Below, one piece after another: positions 19,573 through 28,080 of a stretch of DNA of 32,000 nucleotides (within the stretch, counting starts at the first letter, position 1; the number at the start of each line of letters is the position of its first letter). The stretch comes from Propionibacterium freudenreichii subsp. freudenreichii (lineage in GTDB: Bacteria; Actinomycetota; Actinomycetes; Propionibacteriales; Propionibacteriaceae): positions 2,400,001 to 2,432,000 of the forward strand of contig NZ_CP010341.1 in assembly GCF_000940845.1 (NCBI RefSeq). The letters run 5' to 3'. Below the pieces are notes generated by a model. That model was not told the DNA's origin, did no database searches, and saw only the letters and a program-made list of their open reading frames with translations. The translations under genes were made by a program, and so were the position numbers.

Positions 19573-20058
19573 GTGATGGTGAAGATGACTGCTCTGGATC
19601 CGTTCCGTGAGATTGAGCGTTTGCTGGGCACGGCCATGCGTCAGGCCCCGTCTGCAGCGGCGATTCCGATGGATCTGTACCGCTCGGGTGATGATGCCTT
19701 TGTCGCCAAGATCGACCTGCCGGGCGTGGACCCGGACTCGATCGATATCGATGTCGATGACCGCACGTTGACGGTGCGCGCCGAGCGGCGCCCGGAGGAA
19801 GCGGAGGCGCAGTGGCTGGTGCGGGAGCGGCCTGCGGGGATTTTCGCCCGTCAACTCACCTTGGGTCGGGGGTTGGCGACGGACCGCATCGAGGCCGGCT
19901 ATGCCGACGGGGTGCTGACGTTGACGATTCCGGTGGCTGAGGAGTCCAAGCCGCGCAAGATCCAGGTCACGGCCTCCGACCGCACGGCAGCGATCGAACA
20001 GGGGTCCTCCTCCGGCGAGCAGCAAGCCACCGGCGAGGGATCGGGGCAGAGGCAGTAG
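19573..20058 (+). CDS. Hsp20 / alpha-crystallin small heat-shock protein (copy 1)
   Basis: Alpha-crystallin core PMDLYRSGDDAFVAKIDLPGVDPDSIDIDVDDRTLTVRAER...GYADGVLTLTIPV. Start ambiguous (GTG 19573, ATG 19576 or ATG 19585). Confidence 0.9.
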   Translation: MMVKMTALDPFREIERLLGTAMRQAPSAAAIPMDLYRSGDDAFVAKIDLPGVDPDSIDIDVDDRTLTVRAERRPEEAEAQWLVRERPAGIFARQLTLGRGLATDRIEAGYADGVLTLTIPVAEESKPRKIQVTASDRTAAIEQGSSSGEQQATGEGSGQRQ

Positions 20059-20202
20059 AGGGATCGCGGACGCCGGCGCGAGCGGGACGCCGGCGTCCGC
20101 GGCGGGACACCTCCCGTCTCCTGGTCGGCTGCCACTGGGACGCCCGGCTCCCTGCGCGACTCAACGGCTCACCTCGCTGCAGGCGCTCCCGCCTGGGGTA
20201 GC

Positions 20203-21295
20203 TGTACTTCCCCGGGAGGTTGTGAACGGGTGAGGTAGCGAAGACCTCCGGGCAGGATGTGGGTTACCACACTCACTCTCCTGACCACGGAGGTCTTCGT
20301 GACTCACGCTAACGCACCCTTGACACCGGAAGGGCGTCGTCGTCTTGCTGTTCTCGTCGTGGAACAGGGCTGGTCGTTGCGGCGGGCGGCGGAACGGTTC
20401 CAGTGCTCGCCCGCGACGGTGAAGCGGTGGGCCGACAGGTACCGGGCAGGGCTGCCGTTGATCGACCGTAGTTCGAGGCCCACCTCGTCACCGAACCGGC
20501 TTTCGCGTAAGACGGAGCATCGGATCGTCGCGTTGCGGTTCACTCGCCGGTGGGGTCCGCACCGGATCGCGTATCACCTGCGGTTGCACCGTTCCACGGT
20601 CGGTCGGGTGCTCGCCCGATACAAGATGCCGAAGCTGATCAACATCGACCAGGCCACCGGGCTGCCGGTTCGCCGCCCGAAGCCGACACGGTACGAGGTC
20701 GCCGCGCCGGGCGAGCTCGTGCACGTAGATATCAAGAAACAAGGCCGGATCCCCGACGGCGGCGGGTGGCGTGCCCACGGTCGCGGATCCATGCAGGACC
20801 GTCACGCGGGAGTGGCCCGCGACAAGGCAGCCCGTGCCGGGGCAGCCGGCTCTCGCGGCTACCGGTATCTGCACCACGCCGTGGACGACCACTCCCGGAT
20901 CGCGTACTCAGAGATCCTTGACGACGAGCGCAAAGAGACCGCAGCGGGGTTCTGGACCCGCGCGAACGCGTTCTTCGCAGGCCTGGGCGTCACAGTCACC
21001 GCGGTGATGACCGACAACGGTTCCTGCTACCGGTCAGGCGCCTTCGCTGACGCGCTCGGCGACGAGGTGAAGCACAAGTGGACCCGGCCATACCGGCCGC
21101 AGACCAACGGCAAGGTCGAGCGGTTCAACCGAACCCTCGCCGTCGAGTGGGCCTACGCGAAGCCCTACGCCAGCGAAGCCGAGCGCGCCGCAGCCTACGA
21201 GACCTGGCTCCATCACTACAATCACCACAGACCCCACACCGGGATCGGCGGCCAGACTCCCTCAGCCCGCGTTCACAACGTCACGGGGAAGTACA
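20203..21295 (+). mobile_element. IS481-family insertion sequence (1093 bp) with intact target duplication
   Basis: 12-bp IRs TGTACTTCCCCG (20203-20214) and CGGGGAAGTACA (21284-21295). Direct 6-bp repeats GGTAGC at 20197-20202 and 21296-21301. Confidence 0.9.
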
Positions 21296-21300
21296 GGTAG
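20299..21300 (+). CDS. IS481-family (IS3-superfamily DDE) transposase
   Basis: HTH N-terminus, then the rve core HVDIKK...YLHHAVDDHSR...TDNGSCY...RPYRPQTNGKVERFNRTL. GTG 20299 lies 5 nt after GGAGG. The stop TAG 21298-21300 lies in the target duplication outside the IS. Confidence 0.9.
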   Translation: MTHANAPLTPEGRRRLAVLVVEQGWSLRRAAERFQCSPATVKRWADRYRAGLPLIDRSSRPTSSPNRLSRKTEHRIVALRFTRRWGPHRIAYHLRLHRSTVGRVLARYKMPKLINIDQATGLPVRRPKPTRYEVAAPGELVHVDIKKQGRIPDGGGWRAHGRGSMQDRHAGVARDKAARAGAAGSRGYRYLHHAVDDHSRIAYSEILDDERKETAAGFWTRANAFFAGLGVTVTAVMTDNGSCYRSGAFADALGDEVKHKWTRPYRPQTNGKVERFNRTLAVEWAYAKPYASEAERAAAYETWLHHYNHHRPHTGIGGQTPSARVHNVTGKYR

Positions 21301-21348
21301 CCCCCATCAGAAAAGAAGCCACAGAGGGTCCAGGTGCGGGAATAAAAC

Positions 21349-21367
21349 CTGAGCGTGGTTCGCTCAA
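21349..21367 (+). promoter_or_regulatory. HAIR-like inverted repeat (candidate HspR operator) upstream of hsp20 copy 2
   Basis: CTGAGC-N7-GCTCAA has the spacing of the actinobacterial HspR operator consensus CTTGAGT-N7-ACTCAAG, with imperfect arms. It lies 40 nt upstream of the hsp20 start. Confidence 0.4.
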
Positions 21368-21369
21368 CT

Positions 21370-21394
21370 ATGTGATCTTGATATGTGATCTTGA
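21370..21394 (+). repeat. Tandem 12-bp direct repeat ATGTGATCTTGA x2 (13-bp period)
   Basis: Exact copies at 21370-21381 and 21383-21394, in a locally AT-rich patch just upstream of the RBS GAGGAAGG. Confidence 0.8.
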
Positions 21395-21406
21395 GACGAG
21401 AGGAAG

Positions 21407-21874
21407 GTGATGGTGATGGCACTGCCTGTTCGTGGCGGCAACACGGAGATCACCCATCGGGATCCTTTCAGCGAACTGCACGACCTCACCACCCGGATGA
21501 ACCAGCTCGTCCAGTCCGCGCTGGGCGACTTCCCCAACCGGGTCGCCTCGCTCTGGGCCCCGCCGGTAGAGCTGGAGGAGACAGAGGGCTCCTACGTTCT
21601 GGAGGCTGACCTGCCCGGTGTGAAGGAGGACGACGTTGACCTCGAGCTGCGCGGCAACGAGCTGAGCATCCACGGCGAGGTCAAAGAACGGGAGCGGACC
21701 GGCATCCTACGCCGGAGCACACGCCAAGTCGGGCAGTTCGAGTACCGCGTGACGCTGCCGGCCGACGTCGACCCAGACCAGGTCAACGCCACGCTACGCG
21801 ACGGTGTCCTGCGGGTGGAGGTGGCCAAGACCGAGGCCACCCAGCCACGCCGCATCCAAATCACGAAGGGCTGA
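21407..21874 (+). CDS. Hsp20 / alpha-crystallin small heat-shock protein (copy 2)
   Basis: PPVELEETEGSYVLEADLPGVKEDDVDLELRGNELSIHGE...LRDGVLRVEVAK. The start context AGGTGATGGTGA is the same as for copy 1. Confidence 0.9.
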   Translation: MMVMALPVRGGNTEITHRDPFSELHDLTTRMNQLVQSALGDFPNRVASLWAPPVELEETEGSYVLEADLPGVKEDDVDLELRGNELSIHGEVKERERTGILRRSTRQVGQFEYRVTLPADVDPDQVNATLRDGVLRVEVAKTEATQPRRIQITKG

Positions 21875-22030
21875 ACGCAGCTCCACGCCGCGTCCCCACG
21901 CGAGAAATCAGAGGGAGGTCCTCCCCATTCAGAAGACCCGCACTGCCACCAACCTCATGGCCGGGTACATCTAGGCATCTGAGGAACCCGGGCGACCTCA
22001 CAGACCGGGTCACCACAAACTATCTCGTCC

Positions 22031-23998
22031 TCAGACTGTGATCACATCGCCGAGAACGACCGATCGGGTTCGCGGAATCCGGAAGGCCGTGGTGCGGTCG
22101 GCCTGGTTCCTCGACAGCGTGAGGTAGACGAGCCGCCGCCAGGTGGCCATCGGGCATCTGGATGCCAATGGGTCGGTGTCGTCGGCGCGACGTATGTTGG
22201 CCACTGACAGGAAGTAGACAGCTTCCTGCATGTGCATCCGGGGGTCGGGGAGCTGGTCCATGACCAGCGCCAGGGCGGACGGAATGTTCTGGGAGTCGGC
22301 GAAACCGACATGGCACTCGACGTATGCGATGCCGTCGTCGGGGTCCCCGAGGTCGGTGACCCTGATCCGATCCCGATGAGGGATGTGGGAGATGTTCTCA
22401 TCAACCATCGAGATGATGACGTTGTGCTCATGGAGCACATGGTTGAACTGGATATTGTTGCGCAGCGCGAGTGGTGTGGTGACCCGGCCCGGATGCGGGT
22501 AGATCGCCAAACCGGGAACCCGAGTCGGTCGATCGTCCTTGATACGAGCCAGGAAGTCATCCAGCGGCCCCTCGGCGGAGGCACGACTGGAGACGACGAA
22601 CGCGGTGCCCTTGCGCCACGCCGTCATGATGACGATGATCGCACCGGCGATCACCAACGGAATCCAGCCCCCCGAGGTGATCTTGAGCAGATTGGCCGCG
22701 AGGAGAGACAGCTCCAGGCCACCGATGACCACTGCTATCGGCAGAACTCGCCACCACGACCAGTCCCAGACGAGGCGGACCAGGATCAGGAAGAGGGCCG
22801 TGGTGAGCAGCAGGGTTCCGGTCACGGCGAGTCCGTAGGCGGTGGATAACCGTGCCGACGTGCGGAAAGCGCCGATGAGCAGCAGAACACCGAGGTAGAG
22901 CATCCAGTTGACCTCGGGAATGTAGATCTGGCCGCCCTCCTCCCGAGAAGTGTGGCGAATCGAGAAGCGAGGCAGCAGGCCAAGCCTGGAGGCTTGATGG
23001 GAGACCGAGAACGTGCCGGATATCACAGCCTGGGAGGCAATGATGGTGGCCAGAGTGGCGATCACCACCAGCGGGACCTGTGCCCACTGCGGCGCAGTTC
23101 GGAAGAAGGGGTTGTCGATCCAGGCGGGATGAAGAATGATCATGGCGCCCTGCCCGAGGTAGTTCAGCATGAGAGCAGGCAGCACCACCGAGAACCAGGC
23201 GATGCGGACCCGGCGGCTGCCGAAGTGGCCCATGTCGGCGTAGAGCGCCTCCGCTCCCGTGACGGTCAGCACGACCGCCCCCATGGCGACGAAAGCCGTC
23301 CACGGGCGCTCAAGGACGAACAGCAGGGCCCACTGGGGTGACAGCGCCATCAGGATCTGAGGACAGCGAAGAATCCACGGTGCCCCCAGCGCGGCGATGC
23401 TGATGAACCAGACCAGCATGATGGGTCCGAACGCCCGTCCAATCACCGCGGTACCCCTCTGCTGGATGACGAACAGGGCGGTGAGGATAACCACCGCGGC
23501 GGGCAGCACCATCCGAGTCAGACCGGGATCGATGACGGCGGCACCCTCGAGGGCGCTCATCACCGAAATCGCGGGCGTGATCATTGAGTCCCCGTAGAAC
23601 AGCGCCGCCCCCACCATTCCGATTCCCATCGTCACAGCGGCGAGTCGGCAGCGTGAGGGGATGTGGCGTTGCAGCAGAGCCATGAGGGCCAAGATGCCGC
23701 CCTCGCCCCCGTTGTCGGCACGCATCACGAGGGTGACGTACTTGATGCAGACGATGAGCAGGATGGACCAGATGACCAGCGAGATGATGCCGATGACGTT
23801 GTCGCGGCTGGGTACGGCGGTGTGGTGATCGATCGCGAAGACGGTCTGCATGGAGTAGAGGGGTGAGGTGCCGATGTCGCCGAACACGACACCCAGCGCA
23901 GCGAGCACGAGCCCTCGAGCGGGGGAATACGGTGCCTTGGATGGTCTCTGTCGCCATAAAGGCAGACTCCGGTGATCGCTGTGTGTGGACACGAGCAT
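22031..23998 (-). CDS. kup: KUP-family potassium uptake transporter
   Basis: Hallmark LAALGVVFGDIGTSPLY, a multi-TM body and a cytoplasmic C-terminal domain. I prefer ATG 23998 (AAGGGAG RBS 4 nt upstream) over the track start at 24094. Confidence 0.93.
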   Translation of the reverse strand: MLVSTHSDHRSLPLWRQRPSKAPYSPARGLVLAALGVVFGDIGTSPLYSMQTVFAIDHHTAVPSRDNVIGIISLVIWSILLIVCIKYVTLVMRADNGGEGGILALMALLQRHIPSRCRLAAVTMGIGMVGAALFYGDSMITPAISVMSALEGAAVIDPGLTRMVLPAAVVILTALFVIQQRGTAVIGRAFGPIMLVWFISIAALGAPWILRCPQILMALSPQWALLFVLERPWTAFVAMGAVVLTVTGAEALYADMGHFGSRRVRIAWFSVVLPALMLNYLGQGAMIILHPAWIDNPFFRTAPQWAQVPLVVIATLATIIASQAVISGTFSVSHQASRLGLLPRFSIRHTSREEGGQIYIPEVNWMLYLGVLLLIGAFRTSARLSTAYGLAVTGTLLLTTALFLILVRLVWDWSWWRVLPIAVVIGGLELSLLAANLLKITSGGWIPLVIAGAIIVIMTAWRKGTAFVVSSRASAEGPLDDFLARIKDDRPTRVPGLAIYPHPGRVTTPLALRNNIQFNHVLHEHNVIISMVDENISHIPHRDRIRVTDLGDPDDGIAYVECHVGFADSQNIPSALALVMDQLPDPRMHMQEAVYFLSVANIRRADDTDPLASRCPMATWRRLVYLTLSRNQADRTTAFRIPRTRSVVLGDVITV

Positions 23999-24224
23999 CT
24001 GACTCCCTTGTTGACAGCGGCAGCGCCACTCACCCTGGATGCGCTCCGCCCGACCGACCTGATGGCGCACTGCACTCTGGGCAGGCGCAATCATCGATCA
24101 AATCGCGGCACGCGCAGGAGTGGCGCGATCCTCACGAAATCCATACGGTGGAAGGGGCAATGCTTGCAGAATCCTCACGGCCGCAAGGGTCCCCTCCGCG
24201 CTTCCAGGAATGATCGCCGAGCTG

Positions 24225-25660
24225 GGCTCATCATAATCCACGGTGTAGCTGAGGTCTGAACCCGCCGGTTTCGAGGAGGGATCTGGCGACATAGTGGGTG
24301 AGGTTGCGGAAGCCGAGGGCTGATCCGCGGAGGTGCTCGAGGCGGCCATTGATCGCCTCTGTGGGACCGTTGCTGGTGCCGGGCCGGTCGAAGTAGGCCA
24401 GCACGTCGACCGCCCGCTGCTTCAGCGTGCGGCCCAGTGTGCGGAGTTCGACCAGCGCTGCTGGGACGCCGCTGGCGAGGCTGGCGATGAGCTTGTTCAT
24501 GAGGTCTCGGCCGCGAGCAGGGTCGGGGTCGCGGTAGGCGGTGACCATGCGTTGGTAGGCCGCCCAGGTGACCTCAAGTTCGGTGTGCGCCTCGTCAGCG
24601 AACAGGGCGTCAAGCCGGGTCTTCTGTTTGTCGGTGAGCAGCGATGCTCCGGTGTGCAGGGTTCGCCGGGCCGAGTAGAGCGGGTCGCCGGCACGGCCGC
24701 GGTGGCCGTGCAGATCCTGTTGGATTCGACGGCGGCACCGGTCGAGGGCGTCGCCGGCGAGCCTCACGACATGGAAGGGGTCCATCACCGCGACCGCATC
24801 AGGCAACTCCTCGGTGGTGGCGGTCTTGAATCCGGTGAAGCCGTCCATCGCGACGACCTCCACCCGGTCGCGCCACGCCTGGTCACGCTCAGACAACCAC
24901 TGCTTGAACACGCTCTTGGAGCGGCCCTCGACCATGTCCAGCAACCTGACCGGTCCACTGTTCGTCCTTGCCGGCGTCAGGTCGATGATCACGGTCACGT
25001 ACTTCTCGCCGCGACGGGTGTGCCGCCACACGTGCTCATCCACGCCGATCGTGGTCACCTTGTCGAACCGGTGCGGGTTGTTGATCAGCACCCGCTTACC
25101 CTCGGCGAGCACCGCGTCGTTCGCTGTGTTCCAGCTGATGTCCAAGCCTTCGGCGATCCGGGCCACGGTGAGGTGGCGCACCACGATCCCTTCCAACGCC
25201 CACCGCAGCCCGCGGCGCGACAGTCGGGTCTTGGCCTCCGCGGCCCGGCTCGTGTCCTGGCGCCACACATGAGCGCAGTCGGCGCACCGGTACCGGCGGA
25301 CGAGCACCTCCAGCAGGGTCGGCCGCCACCCGAGCGGTTCGTGAGCGAGCCGACGCACCACCGTGTCCCGCAACACACCATGCTGGCCGCAGCGGTGGCA
25401 CCAGTCGTCCGGCTCGACAACCTGACAAGCGATCACCGCCCGTCCAGGCTCGAGTCGTTGACCAACCGCAACCAGGCCCAGCTCGTCGAGCCGGCAGAAG
25501 GTGGTCAGGTCAGGGGTCGCGAAGGTAGCGTCAGGCACGTCGAGGTCTTCCCGATGGGTTGGTGTGAGAACCCCCATCCTCGGAAGACCTCGACCCCTAC
25601 CCGGTGACCGACACACCAGCCACCATCACACCCCCACTACACCGTGGATTGTGATGAGCC
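24225..25660 (-). mobile_element. ISL3-family insertion sequence, copy 3 (1436 bp)
   Basis: Same ends as copy 1. Plus-strand flanks are CCGAGCTG (left, IRR side) and CCCATAGG (right, IRL side). Confidence 0.95.
24231..25616 (-). CDS. ISL3-family transposase
   Basis: Identical 461-aa ORF. Confidence 0.95.
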   Translation of the reverse strand: MCRSPGRGRGLPRMGVLTPTHREDLDVPDATFATPDLTTFCRLDELGLVAVGQRLEPGRAVIACQVVEPDDWCHRCGQHGVLRDTVVRRLAHEPLGWRPTLLEVLVRRYRCADCAHVWRQDTSRAAEAKTRLSRRGLRWALEGIVVRHLTVARIAEGLDISWNTANDAVLAEGKRVLINNPHRFDKVTTIGVDEHVWRHTRRGEKYVTVIIDLTPARTNSGPVRLLDMVEGRSKSVFKQWLSERDQAWRDRVEVVAMDGFTGFKTATTEELPDAVAVMDPFHVVRLAGDALDRCRRRIQQDLHGHRGRAGDPLYSARRTLHTGASLLTDKQKTRLDALFADEAHTELEVTWAAYQRMVTAYRDPDPARGRDLMNKLIASLASGVPAALVELRTLGRTLKQRAVDVLAYFDRPGTSNGPTEAINGRLEHLRGSALGFRNLTHYVARSLLETGGFRPQLHRGL

Positions 25661-26384
25661 CCCATAGGTCCGCGGCCACCAATGTCAGTATGTCGGTGGC
25701 CGCTGCCACGACCAGCGCCCGGGAGAGCCGGGCCACGAAGGCCCAAGGCTGGTTGGCGCGGATCATGCCCAGCAGCAACCGCACGTTGCCGCTCAGCACT
25801 CGGGCCGTGAACTGCACGACGTTGTCGTCCGGGCGTTCGTCGAGGTCGGTGGACAGCTGGTGGGCTCTTCGAGCAAGATCCCGCTGGGCGTTGGGGTCTT
25901 CGGCGTCGTAGCCCAGGAGCTGCCCGACCACGTGCACGGTGGTCTCTTGCACCTTCTGCCGCACGTGCACGGGTCCCAGGGTTGGGACGGAGACCAGTCC
26001 TACCCCGTGCACGGGGCTGAGCTGGGTGAGCACCGGACGTCGGCCGGTCTTCAGGGGGATCTCGGTGAGCACCACGGCCAAATCCCAGTTCTCCTCCAGC
26101 ACGCGGTTTCGGGCCGCCTCCCGCAGGTCCAAGGTCTCGGTGGGTGGATCGACCAGCCGGTCTTCGGCCATCTTCAGTTGCCAGCGCACTCCCGGATACC
26201 GCTGCACCAAAATCTTGCGCACCGAGGTGGTGACCTCGGGGCCGAGCACCGCATTCAGGGATGGTGAGACCACCAGGCCGATGAGCAGCTCGGCATCGGA
26301 AAGGGGTTCGGCAGGATCGGCGGTGGATCGGCAACGCTCAGCAGTCACCGCTCCATGGTGAGGCAACCACGGTCGGATTGCCAC
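25661..26384 (-). pseudogene. N-terminal (cytoplasmic domain plus first TM) part of the membrane protein completed at 16495-16906
   Basis: ...LVDPPTETLDLREAARNRVLEENWDLAVVLTEIPLKTGRRPVLTQLSPVHGVGLVSVPTLG...AATDILTLVAADLW, then an IS-derived tail. A conserved-hypothetical type; I cannot name a family. Confidence 0.8.
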
Positions 26385-26822
26385 TGGCTCGATGGAGCCC
26401 CCAAGGTTTCGTGCAGCACCGCGGGCCGGATTCGGTGGTCGCCTCGATCCCGGAAAGAGCGGTGCTGCTCACTGAAATCCTCTCCCCGCCGACGCCGCCA
26501 GCGCGAAGACATCACAGCCAGCGGGCCCGGGACCTGCCGGTGTCGAGGACGACTTCTCGATGATGCTGCAGTGACGGATCGGTTGAAGTGCTTCGGCGGT
26601 GTGGGAGCAGTGATCAGCGTGGGGCCGGTCGATTCCGTTCGGACAGGTGATGCATCGACTGCCCAGCGGCAGGTGCGGTACTGATGCGGGGGTACCCGGT
26701 GCAGGGGTGTCAAGGCCCAGCTCCGAAGACGGCAAGCCGGGCACGTGAAAGGCGAATTATAGCCCGCCGCAACCCGAGCGGGAAGGCATGTGTGGCACGA
26801 GGCGCCGAAGACGGGCCGGGCG

Positions 26823-26851
26823 TTTACTGCAGAGATAAATATGCTTATCCT
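26823..26851 (+). promoter_or_regulatory. Sigma-70-like promoter candidate in an AT-rich island
   Basis: TTTACT, a 17-nt spacer, then TATCCT, within the only AT-rich patch (about 26825-26870) of an otherwise ORF-poor 890-bp region. Confidence 0.3.
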
Positions 26852-27274
26852 GGTAAGGTCCGCGACATTTTGTAAGGCCCTGAGAGCGGGCCCGTCGCTG
26901 GTCCACCACGGACCGACGGGCTCGGGGATGGGGCTGAGGACCCGGAGAGGAGCCACGGCCGTGGCCGAGCTGATGCGCAAGGACCTTGATGCGTTCGGGT
27001 CTTTCTACCGCCACCTGCACCGACGGGGTGCTGGTGATTTCGGGCTCCGATGCCGAGTCGGAGCCAGTGGCAGAAGTCCACGAAGATCGCAGGCACCGCG
27101 GCTGAACGGCCGATACCGAGGGGGAGGAAGGGAGGCCAGGGCTGCTGATGTGCCCGGACTGTTCCGCAATTTCTCTTCCTAACTTTCCGTCCACTCCCGA
27201 CCCAGGTGCCCGGCAACCCCGGGTGCAGGCCACCGTCCGGGTCGGATCGTCACCACGAACAGGAAACGATAAGC

Positions 27275-27754
27275 ATGTCCCATCCCTCCCCTCTTCCACC
27301 CACTGCTTCGGCTCATTACCAGGTCCTGCGCACAGTGCCCTCCTATGACGAGGCTCAGCGCCTTGTCGACCGACTCTCCGACGCCGGGTTCCCGGTTGAG
27401 CACGTGCGCTTGGTCGGCACCGATCTGCGCCTGGTTGAGCAGGTCACCGGGCGGATGACCTACGGCAAGGCCGCCCTGTACGGGGCCGCCTCCGGAGCCT
27501 GGCTGGGATTGCTCATTGGCTTGCTGTTGGGTCTTTTCACGGTCGTGGGGTGGCTGTCGGTAATCCTGTGGGCGGTACTCCTGGGCGCGGTGTGGGGGCT
27601 GATCTTCGGGTTGCTGGGCCACGCGGCCACCGGCGGGCGCCGGGACTTCAGTAGCGTCCAGGGCCTGGAGGCGTCCTCCTACGAGATTCTTGTGGAGGCC
27701 GAGTACTTCGAGGCGGCCACGGCCAAGCTCGACGCCAGCCGTCCCACGACTTGA
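27275..27754 (+). CDS. YflT/general-stress-type membrane protein
   Basis: N-terminal soluble domain VLRTVPSYDEAQRLVDRLSDAGFPVEHVRLVGTDLRLVEQVTGR followed by two Gly-rich TM helices. ATG 27275 is preferred to the track start at 27206. Confidence 0.7.
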   Translation: MSHPSPLPPTASAHYQVLRTVPSYDEAQRLVDRLSDAGFPVEHVRLVGTDLRLVEQVTGRMTYGKAALYGAASGAWLGLLIGLLLGLFTVVGWLSVILWAVLLGAVWGLIFGLLGHAATGGRRDFSSVQGLEASSYEILVEAEYFEAATAKLDASRPTT

Positions 27755-28080
27755 CCGCCAAAGGCCCGGGCCCGGACCGGGTGCTGGCCCACGCCCGAGT
27801 AAGTGCTGAGGGCCGTGGCCCTCTGCGCTCCCCCGACACTCACCGCTGGAACGGATTCAGGAGCGGATCTCGCCGGGAAGCAGGGACGTCGGCGTGCCTG
27901 TCACCACCAACCGGGAGCCTGCTCGGCTCTGCCGAGCGTGATCCCCGCAGTTGCCTGCAGTGGACCCCGACAGCTTCGTCCCCAAGACCCTCTGTCAGGG
28001 GCATCCCAGGTAATCACCCGCGGGACCGTCCGAGGCATTCTCCGGCCACAGCGATGGCCTCGACCGGATCGGAGCAGCCC

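Noticed and set aside
26469-26744. Cys/His-rich 91-aa ORF (RCITCPNGIDRPHADHCSH...IRHC), reminiscent of an HNH or zinc-finger nuclease
   Set aside because: - The spacing does not fit the HNH core I know.
- GC3 is only about 70%, and there is no RBS.
- At most it is a decayed remnant, so the region is reported only as unexplained.
27755-28080. ORFs 27751-28116 and 27803-28342 between the stress gene and the IS30 element
   Set aside because: - They have no coding bias, are Arg/Pro/Ser-rich, and overlap each other and the IS30 end.
- The region contains only GC-rich palindromes (GGCCCGGGCC at about 27760, GAGGGCC-GT-GGCCCTC at about 27809-27826) that may be terminators.
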